Under the pieces are notes generated by a model. The model saw nothing but the letters and a program-made list of their open reading frames with translations, did not search any database and had not been told where the DNA came from. Of a stretch of DNA of 64,000 nucleotides, positions 39,040-51,000 are shown one piece after another. A program made the translations under genes and the position numbers. Every line of letters begins with the position of its first letter. Positions within the stretch are counted from its first letter, which is position 1. Source of the stretch: Phoronis australis (lineage: Eukaryota; Animalia; Phoronida). Location of the stretch: the NCBI GenBank assembly GCA_002633005.1, contig NMRA01000104.1:429255-493254 (forward strand), written 5' to 3'.

Positions 39040-42000
39040 GTAAGGTATTTCCCTGTTTCATGTCAAATGTCTACCCTGTGACAGGGGTAAAACAAATAGA
39101 TTTAACCCGTGAGGATATTAACCATCTAGTTCACGTGACTAAGTTGAGCTGACATTCTGGAGAGGTTGCAGCGAAGCGGCATCCGAACGCGGACGTGAAA
39201 AATCACAAGCCTCGTGATTACGCAAGGAATCCCGTGGGTACAGTCGCGATATTGTGCTAGACTTTAGAAATTCGCTTAATCTCAAGATGGCGAATGCGTG
39301 AACTTGGAATTATATCTTCTTTTTAAACAATAAATCAGGTGAAATGTGTTGTTGGGTATGAATAATTTATTCCTTGGAAGTTAGCGCACGCAACATCTCG
39401 AGATCAAGCGGAATTCCAAGTCAAGCACAGCAACTAAGCTGTAAAACAATAAAAAATAACGTATGGCATTCAAAACTGTATCTTCACAGTACTCTGCAAC
39501 ATCTGCGAACGAATTCCTAGATAACTGACGAGTTGGCGTTTGAAATCCCAGAAATCTCTATGATTCCAAGGTCGTTTCTCATCTGCTTGGTTGATTTATA
39601 ATCTGGTTTGACGACTTTTTGTGACGACCACGTCTCTTAAACTTAAAAACAGGAATTTGTCCAAAAATGAATAGGAACTCTAAAACTGTGAACAAGCCAA
39701 CGCGTTATGTGAGGTGAACTGTGTCGATTTTACTATACACACGCTACACAGACTCGTATGAGGTTACCACATGTGGTATGTTTACCAGTGACTGCTCACC
39801 AGCATATTCAAGGCATGACCTCTCAGTTGTTTTATTTTTGTAATATGACATGTTTCTACCGATCACAGGGTTTGTTTGAGCAATTAGTTGACTATTCCGA
39901 AATGGGTATTTTGTGTTGAATGTTTCTCTGACAATAATCGTCGACGTTTTATTCGCTAAAACTGGGTAAACCCGGCATTATTATCTCCAGTACCAGAGGA
40001 CAGTTATTTTATTTCTATCACTTCATATCAAACAGTGAGGGGTCTGTTGTTTAGAATAGGTGTGCTTCCTCAATCAACTGGTCGGGCAAATAAAAATCTA
40101 TTATGTGAAAAGAAATAATTAATATTCAAATGGTTGTAATCACGACCATTCCAACCATGTCATCGTGTATAGTCTTGTAAGTGGTTAATACAAAATTCCA
40201 AATATTTTCAAAGCTCGGCAATCCCAGTTCAAGGTTGCACCGGCCCAATTCACCTGCCTTGAAAAACTCCCTAGCGGTGTTAACTTACTGCTGCAGCTTC
40301 AAAACAACCATCTTTTTATGTTTTTAATTTCACTTTGTACCTCTTGTCTGCTGCTACGAAATGAACCTCTAAACTTTGTATTTGTGTAATGCCGTGGTTA
40401 TTGCGAAAGCTGCCCTTGTTTGATTTATGAGGAACTGTAATTAGTACAAGAACTCTTAGAAAATTGAGCAACAGCTTATCGCACGCGGCGAACTGGGGTG
40501 ACAGGTACGAAGAGTACATTTGTTTGCCAACTGTTGGACGAGTCAACAGGTTCAGTGAGTGCACAGACTGAAGGAGCTACACGTGTTACTACGAGAAATA
40601 GTCTACTCATCAAGGTGCGCTATGTTCTAACGCGTGTGTGAGTACGTACATACGTGCACACTTACGTTCGCGTACACTGTATGCCATTGAATTGATTCGA
40701 TATGTTCGTCATGCACTGAAATGAGCAACGATACTCGTCAATGACCTGTCTGGGATAGAGAGTGAAATGGTCACTTTTTTAAAAAATAGTAAACTAGATA
40801 GCAATTAAAAATCGCAAATACTGTGGGCACTAAAAACCCGCTTGGGGAGAGCGTTGTTCGGTGCCGTGTGTCATCGCACTTGACACATAACGGTTGTGCG
40901 AGCGACAATGTATACTGTCAACATCAATACATATTGTTGCCCGGGAGACAATTTCTGCCGAGTATGACAATATGGCGTCAACAGCTACGCAGTGTCTTCT
41001 GTACTTCGATACTAGAGAGCTTGGCCTACAAATTAAACGCGAACGCGAACGTGCGAGTAACCAGAGGTCCCAGGTTCACGCTAACGTATACGCTGTGTTC
41101 ATTTTTTTTCGTTTCGCCTACACGTACACGCCAAGTTAACTGGTGGCGCTGTAGTTAACAAGAAATCTGTTGTAATTCGCGCTCGTGGACTTATTGAACT
41201 CATTGAATGTGGATGATAAAAAACATTTGAATACGTTTGACGTCTACGACAGACGAGCAAGTTAATGTTTTATTTCAGTAAGCTAGTCTAGTGTTTTATG
41301 TACATTTCCTCCACTGGTGTTTATGATAGAACAAATTAGGTATAGTATTGTGTTTTGAAATAATTTCAGGATAATTGAAAGTTCCAAAGTAATTTCCGTG
41401 ATTCTGAATTGTAGTTTAATAGCTCGACCAGCTGTCATTGATACAAAAATGTTTCGTTTTATTTTGTTTTCTTTTTGCAAAAACGAAAGCAAAGTTTTTG
41501 TGTTCAATTCTCAGTTATTTAAATGTTTCTAATCAACGCATTTCTGTTTCTTGTCATTTAATTTTACGAAATATTGAAATTAAAATGTTTTGGTATGAAA
41601 CACGAGTATGCTTTTTCTGTGTCACCCATTACCACCTGATTACACATCGCTTTTCTGAGGAAAATAAGCAACGCTGCGAGGGCCTCAGAAAAAAGGTCAT
41701 ATTTCAAACCTTTAACCGAGTAAGACACGTGCACTAAGCTATGTCATCTCCAGGATGGCTGAACTTTCTAACAACATTAAAAAGTTGAATAAATTTAATG
41801 ATCTGTTACGATATCTCGGCAATTAAAAACTCACGTTTTGCACTCGCGTGAGATCAGTGTGACAAGACTGAATGTGAAAATGTAGGTCAACTTTGTGCCA
41901 CAGTAAGCGAAGAATGACATCACATGTGTAACGTGCAGTCGAAGCTCTCGAATATGAGTCGATCATTTGCAGAAACTCTGTTCGGTATTATTACGTGATC

Positions 42001-45000
42001 TGGATGTTTTATGGAGTTATAAACCAGTATTTCGGAGTCAATAAGTCTCAATACTGACCGCTACTATGGCAATGCGTTTCAAATTTCTTTCACAAGTTTC
42101 TTCTGAAGTTGTAATTTACTTCATGGAGATTCCAACTCTTGTCTGTTTCATGGAAATTGACTCAATGCGTGAGAAAATATTTCTGAAAAATAATTAAAAC
42201 TCGCTTTAGCAAGAGTAAAGAGTTTGTGTCTGCTACTCACTGCGAAAATTTGTATAATTTATTTCTAGACAGTGACATGCTAATAATTACATGCTTGACT
42301 GAACTTCTGTTTGGTGACGTGAACTGGTAGCAGAAGACCGAAGTGTCGGACTTTTATCTTCGGGGCCCAGGGTCTGATCTTTGTGCTCAACATCGAACTT
42401 AAACATTACTTTTGCCATTTTAGAACATGAGCTCAAGGTAGATGGCTACTACTCCATGCTCGAGTGCGTTATGACTTCCGTGGAAAGGTTTCTAGTACAA
42501 ATTCGCACTTGATGACCCTTAGATTCCAGTTACGAACTTTCGGAATTCATCCTTAAATTTTCAACTTTAATGCTCGGGTCATCAGGTGCAAATTAGGAAT
42601 AGATTGTCATCCCCCCTAAACCGCGACACAGTCCAGCACATAATTATAGGCATTAATCTTACGTTTCTATTCAAGTAGAACAGAGAATTGCTGAAACTAA
42701 CTTATTATACTCCGCGGCCATGCATTATACTCCGCGGCTATGCCCGGTTGCATAAAACAGTCGCAAACGGGAGCTTAACAATGTCCCTTGGTTACATTTT
42801 CATCGCATTATGGATTTGTGTAAACTCTGAATGACACACAAAAAGATTTAGGGAATGTATAGTTAAATCCCTATTTAGGACTGATTCACGCAACTGACAC
42901 TGGTTTCCATTGTTTCGCAAGCCTCGGTTTTACCACTGCATCACCCACCGAACAGGAAAGTCAATCCGGTTTCTGATGTTTGTTTTAGTAACCGAGAAAT
43001 GTGAAGCATCAGGTGAATGGAAACCTCCATCATGACGTTGTAGTTCCCAACATAATGCTGTTGTATAAATAGAGGCCTACTACGAGTCTCAGGTTTATGA
43101 CGTGGGCAAAACCTGGAAATTTCGTCAAAATCCCGAGGTTTTCTCACATGAACCTTAAAAACGATCTTTTTTTGCTGAAAAACTTGACATGTCTAAAACT
43201 TTCAACCACATGACGCAACTTTTGCTTAATATAAAGTAATTCAGTTACTTTTTGTTAAAAGAATTATAAATTGAATTCAGCTTTCGTCGCAAATATTCAA
43301 GTTATATGCGCGCACCCAGTCTAAAATATAGGTGCGGCTCGAATTTTTCGATATGCGGACCTTTTACTGAAAAAACTTAACAAGCACTAAAAAAACGGGA
43401 CCACTAGGTTCAGGCCTACGAATTGTGCATCCGCGCCAAATTCATGTGGACTTTTTGGACCCTTTTGTCTCGTTTACTCGAACTTTTTGTTTCACTGAGG
43501 TGGACCTTTTTGCCCAACTCGCCCTGAGTGCGCCAATGAGTTAGAATCTAATAAACAGTCTTTGAAAATGTAATATTAAAACTTAAAAAAATGTTTATAA
43601 ATAAAAGCCAGCAAGGCTTCCTCGCGCGTGAACACCGAATTGACCTTGAGCTAGCACAGCCATCTTTGGCACAGCTAGACAGTCTCGCTGCGTTTCTCGA
43701 GTTGGGGCTCGTCTCCGTTTGAATGAATGAGGATATGGGTCCGCTAAAGAAGTTGTTTGCATGTCCTTCCGACTGGGAGTACGTACAGTTGCGACACCCG
43801 ATTTGTCAATCATAAACTTGTCACATTCTCGGAATTCCGGCATTGTTTGGTTTGCGCGCACTTGGTTGTTTTTAGTGTTTTGCAAAGGATGAAATGTAAG
43901 GCGTATGGATGTCTACTTTTCACTACTTTGTGATTCGCCCTTGTAATATATATAGATTATTACATGGCGAAGTCGTTATCCTCCGTTATCTGGAGCCCGA
44001 GTGGATTTTGGAGAATTATCACCCGAGGGGCGTCAGCCCCGAGGGTGATAATTCTACAAAATCCACGAGGTGGTGTAGTGGTAAAGTCGGCGACTCGAAA
44101 CGCTTGAGACCCGGGTTCGAATCCGGCCTCGGTTTCCCGCCAAAATGTTATCTCACTAGTGGGATAATTTTATGGGTTATTACACGGTTGTATCTGCCAT
44201 TCGAGGCTAATATTGTGGTATAACAAAAAATTACGTACTCGGTGTTATTAACCAGTCGTGTCGTAACACATTCCAGGTCATGTGAGAAAAGGTGTGTTGT
44301 TTTCAAAGACTAAAATACTCACTGACTTTCGTTACTCGGCATTTGCGCGGACTTGAGCGCGTGCACTCTAAGCATGCTGACCGCAGCTTACGTGATATAA
44401 CAGAATGACGTTTGTCGATTGTTTTGCAATGAAAACGACCATTGTATGTTCTTTCCGAGAATCTCCTGGAATATTTTTTTTTAATCTCGCCATTTCTCCT
44501 CAACGTGTTTTTTGGGGGGGAAAACTGTTACCTAGCAAACCGAACAAGTGATCGACAGCGATCGAAAGCCCAAATATAACCCCTTTCATAAATTACTTAG
44601 CGGATATAGTCATGTTCTGACTGTCTCACTTAGTGAATATGTTCACAAAGACCACGGTGTCGATCTAAGGACAAAAGTGGGTGTTGGCGGATCGATAGAG
44701 GGTTGCGCTTACATTTGTGTTGCCCTCTCTAATGAGAACTGTCCGAGGTCTATGCTTGGGCAGGTGTTGGTACTTAAAGCTGATGCGCTCAGATTTGTCC
44801 ACATTGCCGTCAATTTTATGCGGGCATTTGGCGTCCTCTTCTCAGTTTTTTCCCAAATCCCAGGTTGAACAAACATCATATGCCAGCATACATGTATGTA
44901 GCAAATTAAATCAATTACTGGATTTACGGATTGAGCTGGCTACGTTGCATCCTCCTCTCGAGGACTTCGGCAGGCCACTGAGATGTCACGTGACTCATAA

Positions 45001-48000
45001 TGTCAAGCCCTGAAAAGTCGGGTCAGACAACATCGCAGACCCACGAGGACTGCTATGATTCGGCGGTTTTCATTCATATAGCTGTGACGGTCCACTCTCT
45101 CTCCCTGGATGATGTCACAATTCTGGATAGAGAAGAAAATTGGTTCAGAGGGGTCAAGGAAGCAATATACGAAAGAGTGGAGAATCCCAGTTTAACAGAC
45201 AAGGGGGCCTGAGGTTTCTGTTGCCAAGAACGTGGGATAGGGCACTGAAGAGTATCCCGCCCAAACTGTGCTGTCGATTACATGATGAGTCACGTGACAT
45301 CTCAGTGGCCTGCCGAAGTCCTCGAGAGGAGGACGCACCTTAGCCAACTCAATCCGTTAGCCCAGTAATTGATTAAATTTTCTACATATCATTTACTCAA
45401 CTGGATGACTGAAAGTATTCATCGTATTATCATGTGCCAGCTTGTGAACTCGTCCGGAATTGTCCTCTTGTGACAATTTATCTATTTTTTTCGTTCAGGT
45501 TGGATTTTGATGAAATTGAGCTAAAACCTTGCTGCCTATCGTTGGTTTTACAGATTCAACTTTGTGCTGCGCCCCCAGTGGCAATTTTAATACTTAGTTG
45601 TTATTTTTCCTTGCATCCACATCTCAATCAACTGCATCTGCCAGACTGTTTGAATGATCGTTATAAAATTTGACAAATGTTTTCCTATTAAACATGGTGT
45701 GACCAACGATGCTTTTCGGGCTTATGCGACAACTACTGCCCTCCCAAGTGTTATTTTTTGTTCCCTTTGCGTCGGCCACAATATCTGCCAAGTTCTTTTA
45801 TGCATCGTCGAGAAATTTATCAGGTGTGTTTTAAAACGCATGGCCGATATTGGTGGAACTCGGCGTAAGTTTATGCGGCGGAGATACGCCGGCACCATTC
45901 AGTTTTCGAACGCTTTCCACTGTCGTGGTACTCTCTGTAGGCCATTTCAGATTTCGGTCTAAACTCCTTGTCCAAAAATTTCGGCGAAACGAATTTAAAG
46001 GGGCCTGAAACAAACTAAATTGCAAATGGTTCTCTGCCGACATAGACTATAGTACACGAACCGCCAACTCCGTATATTTTCAATGGACGAAATCTGTGAT
46101 CTTACGCATAAGCCGTGACGTCGCTATTCACTAGCGACACCAGGCGTGCGTTCAGTAGACGCTAGGACCTACGCTAGGACATAGCTAAAACCTAGTCAAA
46201 GTCACGTGTTCTTATTTAAAATGCACGGCAATATCTCATGTAATCTCGCGAAGTCTTGCTTTTTAGCGAGGTCCTAGCGTTACTGAACGGGAGGCAGGCA
46301 AAATTAGAAAGTTTTACTTCCGGCAAGTACGTCGTCTGCTAATCATGGTCGGCTGCTGTGTGGTCGGGTGCCAAAAATACTCACGATACCAACAGTTCTT
46401 TTATTGGAAGACTTTGAACAGCGTTTCAATGCCGATTTTTTCGTTGTATTGGACAGTAAAATAGATGCGAGAATTTCTCGTCACAATACATTAACCGGAA
46501 ACTGCAATTGGTAATTTAGCGCAAGAAAATGTCGGTTATTGCGAATCTGTTGTCTATAATCTATGGTACCACTGAAACAGAATTCAACCTGCTAACCAGG
46601 TAGGGTNAGGTGCATTGTTTAACAATAACAACGTGACGCGTGATAATGCGACGTCATTGTTGCTATACGGCGTATAACTTTTGTGCAACTGGGCCCTGTT
46701 GTCTATAATCTATGGTACCACTGAAACAGAATTCAACCTGCTAACCAGGTAGGGTTTGTTGGTAAAGATTTTAAGTTTCTGTTAATATCAAAGCATTTTC
46801 TTTTGGTTTCGAATTTCTGTCAACTGCTCGCAACTTCGTCGATTTTTCTCGCACAAGGCAAAGCATGTCTCCTTATTTGGTATGGCAAGACATAGACGTA
46901 ATAAATTTCCCTTATATGGAAAATGTGACCTTTGACATCAAGCGGCTTCAAGCAGCTGACTGAGTGCTCGCGCGCTTTTATCATAAGTGGCAAGGAGATT
47001 AGAAACTCTGCGGTAACCACAGAGTTTTTCCAACGCACGTATTTCAAAAATTGTGAATTTTGTGATTCTTTCTGGAAATTTTCTCACAGAAAAAAGTGAA
47101 TTACTCTGTACTAGATGTTGTCTGTTGATAAATGGTTCCACATTTTGTTGGACTTTGACTGAGAAGTGTATCGGTGGGATTACAGTACCCGTAGAGTTTT
47201 AGTTTTCAATCCAATTAAAATTAAGCTACCACGTGTTCGTTATATACACCCCCAGAAGCGCTTGCTAATTGCGGTACAGTCGTTATTTCAAGGCGTTGTG
47301 GAGTGTTTAACATCTTGCTCTTACTGCAGTGACTTTTTGGCTCCCAACATTCTAACTTCACACAGTGAAGATTTTTTTCAATAAATTACTAAAATTGCTC
47401 ATCGTTCAACTTTTAGAATTGGAATCAGTACGTTCGCCCATTGGAACATTGATTCCACTCGAAAATAGATTCTAAGAACAACAGGGCACCCTTCGCTCCG
47501 TCCTTTCTCCATCGTTCCCACCCTTCCTGTCCCCCGTCCTTCTTTCTTCACACTCTTTTCTTGTTTCTCACCTCCCTTCCGCCTGCCTTTTCTCTTTTCT
47601 GTCTCTTGTGTATCCAGGGCCATCGTTCGACATGATATCGTTCACACATACAATTCAAACGGGAAAGAGCTTTCTTTGAAATGTCATGCCACACACAGGA
47701 GACGTACAGTCATGGTGAACAGGTGTTTTAATTAATTCAGTTATAAATCTTATGCGGTTGATTTCCTTTTGTTTATATGGACCCGACATCTGTTGAGCAG
47801 AAATTCTTCTCATAAATAAACTCGTTTTTTCGTATAAATAAGCATTTCCTTGGCAACAAAATACCTAAAGACCACCCAAAAGTCCACATTGTTAATGTTA
47901 TGGTTATTTTTTCGATAATTCCCACGTACAATGTGACATTGTAATGAAAAACCATCTAAGCCTCCAGAAATGGTTACCGATGGTTAGATGTAACGTAATT

Positions 48001-51000
48001 TATGAATTCACCCGTCCTTTGAACGATTAGAGTCGTTCCAATACCCATTCATCGGGCTGAGGAACACGGTGTGTTCTCATTCTCGCCGTCTTTCCATACA
48101 TTTGCAAACCATTTTTACACCGATATGGCCGTAAAAACGTTGATAACCCAGTAACTGTGTATATTTAGCATGACACCCACACCTTTCACAATTTTGGAAA
48201 CTCCTTATTGCTGGTGAAAAATCTGTGTTAAGACTGGCACTGTTTTCCTGGTACGTATATATTTCAAGCACTGCTATTGGCTTACACCCAGGTGGATCAT
48301 GACATTTTGTTACGTATTGCTGTTAACCTGGACATGACCCGCCTTCTCTGCTGTTGTGTTGCGGGTGACCGACACATAAACATATACTTTGAGCGAGTGT
48401 GTATGTAAATCCCCAACCGACAACACTGTCGTGCGTTTAATGAATTCTGTCCTCGTGAGGAACTGCTGCCAAATTGTTCAAAAATTTTAGGCGACTGGAT
48501 AAATGGTTAAAGATGTTTTTTGCATGCTCGATGAACTTGCTTGATTTATATGGATGTATAGCTCGATAAACATTCAAATTTGGTCTGAAATACAGAAATT
48601 AGGGTATCATGTAGTTAGCGATTTCTGAGACAGAGATAATGACCAGCAATTTTTCATTTCGTGAAAGTTTCATTTGAAATTTGTTGGTGGTAATTTACGA
48701 CTGGCATTTAACGTAAAGCTCTTTTGCAAACAAAGACCTGACATTCAAATGCTGTTGACATTACTGCCAAACGTAATTTAAATTAATATGGACAGGTTTA
48801 GTTCAGAGTTATTTCCGCCTTACTCATACGATGTATTGCTTTTCACGTAAAAACAAACTCAATGGGACAGACTACCGTCTCGGGGTATTAACGTTTTAGG
48901 AGCAAATACATGACATCATTTGCACATCAATAGACAATATCCACTTAACGATTTTGCTGTTGGTGCCTTGCCTATTTCAGCCCTCAACCCTAAAGCAGTG
49001 CCTGATTAACCAACATCAAGCCTAATACAGAACTGTGGAGGCAGTCAACACTATGTGTATAACTTCGTAAGACACTACAAAAGTTTAAATTATAATTAAC
49101 AAAATCTGCAAAAAACTTTAAATAACAAACATTTCATGGAGTCACCTAGCTTGCCTAATTAACTGACTAATCTACTTTGTCATTCTAACTTTAAAATTTA
49201 GCAAGTCAACCTATAAAAAAGCAATTTAATTTGCTTAATAAAGACAATTTTGATTTTGACTGACATCTAGTGGCAAGTTAGAACTTTATGAGCTTATTAA
49301 ACTTGACAACAGGTGTCACTAAAAACTAGGTCACATCAGAACTCATGTTAATAGTACTTAATATGTCTAATTGATATTAAAATCGGCATTGGTATTATTA
49401 AAGGAACTTTTGATCTTTTGTTTGCTGCTCTGGGTCTGTCAAATGCTTTGGAGAAATTATGAGATGCATTGGNTTCCACCAGGAACGTCGTTTAGCGACT
49501 GTGTATCTGCCTCTGACATCTTGCTTGTTTGTCGGGTGTCACGTGACTTTTCGCTAAGAGGCGGAGCTTGCGATAGGTCAATTGTTGATAGTTTCCATGA
49601 ATTGTTTTAAATAAAGATTGTTGGGATGGCAAGATTTTCCATGATATGTAGGATCGTACTTATAAATTTCAAGTTTACTGCAATATTGAATACCTGGGTG
49701 GATGAATGTTTTATATTCATTTCTAGTCAATTTTATAATCGACACATTGCCTGTTTGTGGTATAAAAAGCGATTTCCCAGATCCACCTCAACCGCTTAGA
49801 AATTTGTTTGCTACTTATCACAGAACTGCCACTCAAATCGAATTTCGCGCCCGGGCATGGAGCAGTTCCGTTTGTACCCCCAGTTCTTCAATTGATCTAT
49901 TGTCAAGATTTTGAGTGACTGCTTAACTGACCAATCAGAACGCGGCATTCTTGACACATCTTCTCTTTGTTTCTAAGGCGCCATTTTATCCGACAAACAA
50001 CACGTTGGCTGGTAAAACTAATTGTTTTTGTTTGTTGTCTTTTGGAAGAGGCGGAGCGTGCGGTAGGCCAGTTCATTCAGTGAGTCAAGGTACTACGGAG
50101 TCAACAAGGTGTAAAAAGCACAGAAAGGTGCTGAGGAAAACGAACACAAAACGTAGTCTTGGTTCTGAGGGTGTTGGGCATCTGGGTGCATACACATGTG
50201 GAGAACGAATGCATCGAGTCGCCACACGGCGTCTCTTAGTGTACTCTTATAATCCCTTGTCTTTCTTCTTTCAGAAAATATAGAGATTTACTGGTTGACC
50301 CACCCTAGTTTTTTCTAGCAATTGACTTCGATATAACGTTCCCCAATGAGGTCCTACATATTCTTAAAGTGTTAATATGATTTTATGATCTCGTTACCTG
50401 CGCTTTTGCCATTTAAACATACATATTTTGTATTCTTACTTGATTCTGTCCCATTGCTCATTTTATTATTATTTTTATAGTTGACTTGTGTCACACACGA
50501 CATAGTTCTCCGTCAACAGGGCCACAGCGAGGGTATGACAAGGCAATACTAGGTAAAGTATTTCGATCACTGCACCCTCACGTTACATTTATCTGATGCA
50601 TAGGCGTAACACTTATCTGATGCACATAATTTTTTGAAGAATTGTATTTGGTTATGTTGTTTCCCCTCTATTTTGAACAACTTATGTGTGCCATTCTCAT
50701 TTCTATTCTTTGTATCTAAATGTATTTAAAAGGCACCCTCCGCGGGACTCGATACATAGTTTAAAGATGCTTTGTCTCATAAACACCGCGAACATTTAAA
50801 TTTGTAGCAAGCGTCACTTAGTGACTTCCTGGCTATACAAGTATAATCAGGAAAAAGCAATTTGTAAATTAATTGCGGTGTTAAAGAAAACACCACAACT
50901 GATACACTTAAAAACAAGGTCAACATATAAAAAACCTAGTTACTCCAAATATTAGCAATTGTTATTTGATAGTGAAATAAACAAATAATAAAAACTGTTT

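Noticed and set aside
38754-39152. ORF-track 132-aa single-exon protein (likewise the ORFs at 16535, 10427, 55198, 56265 and 61284)
   Set aside because: These are exons read through into introns. The true boundaries are the GT-AG sites given in the features.
44066-44142. Functional tRNA gene
   Set aside because: The A/B boxes are present, but the acceptor and anticodon stems pair poorly and the sequence is embedded in a repeat with a diverged second copy.
45499-45600. Candidate exon 2 of gene B after strong-looking acceptors (ttcgttcag, ttttacag)
   Set aside because: Both have in-frame stops in the required phase. 50481-50552 fits the frame and family motifs instead.
47495-47610. Lys/Gly/Glu-rich ORF on the minus strand
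   Set aside because: It is a by-product of a low-complexity polypyrimidine tract.
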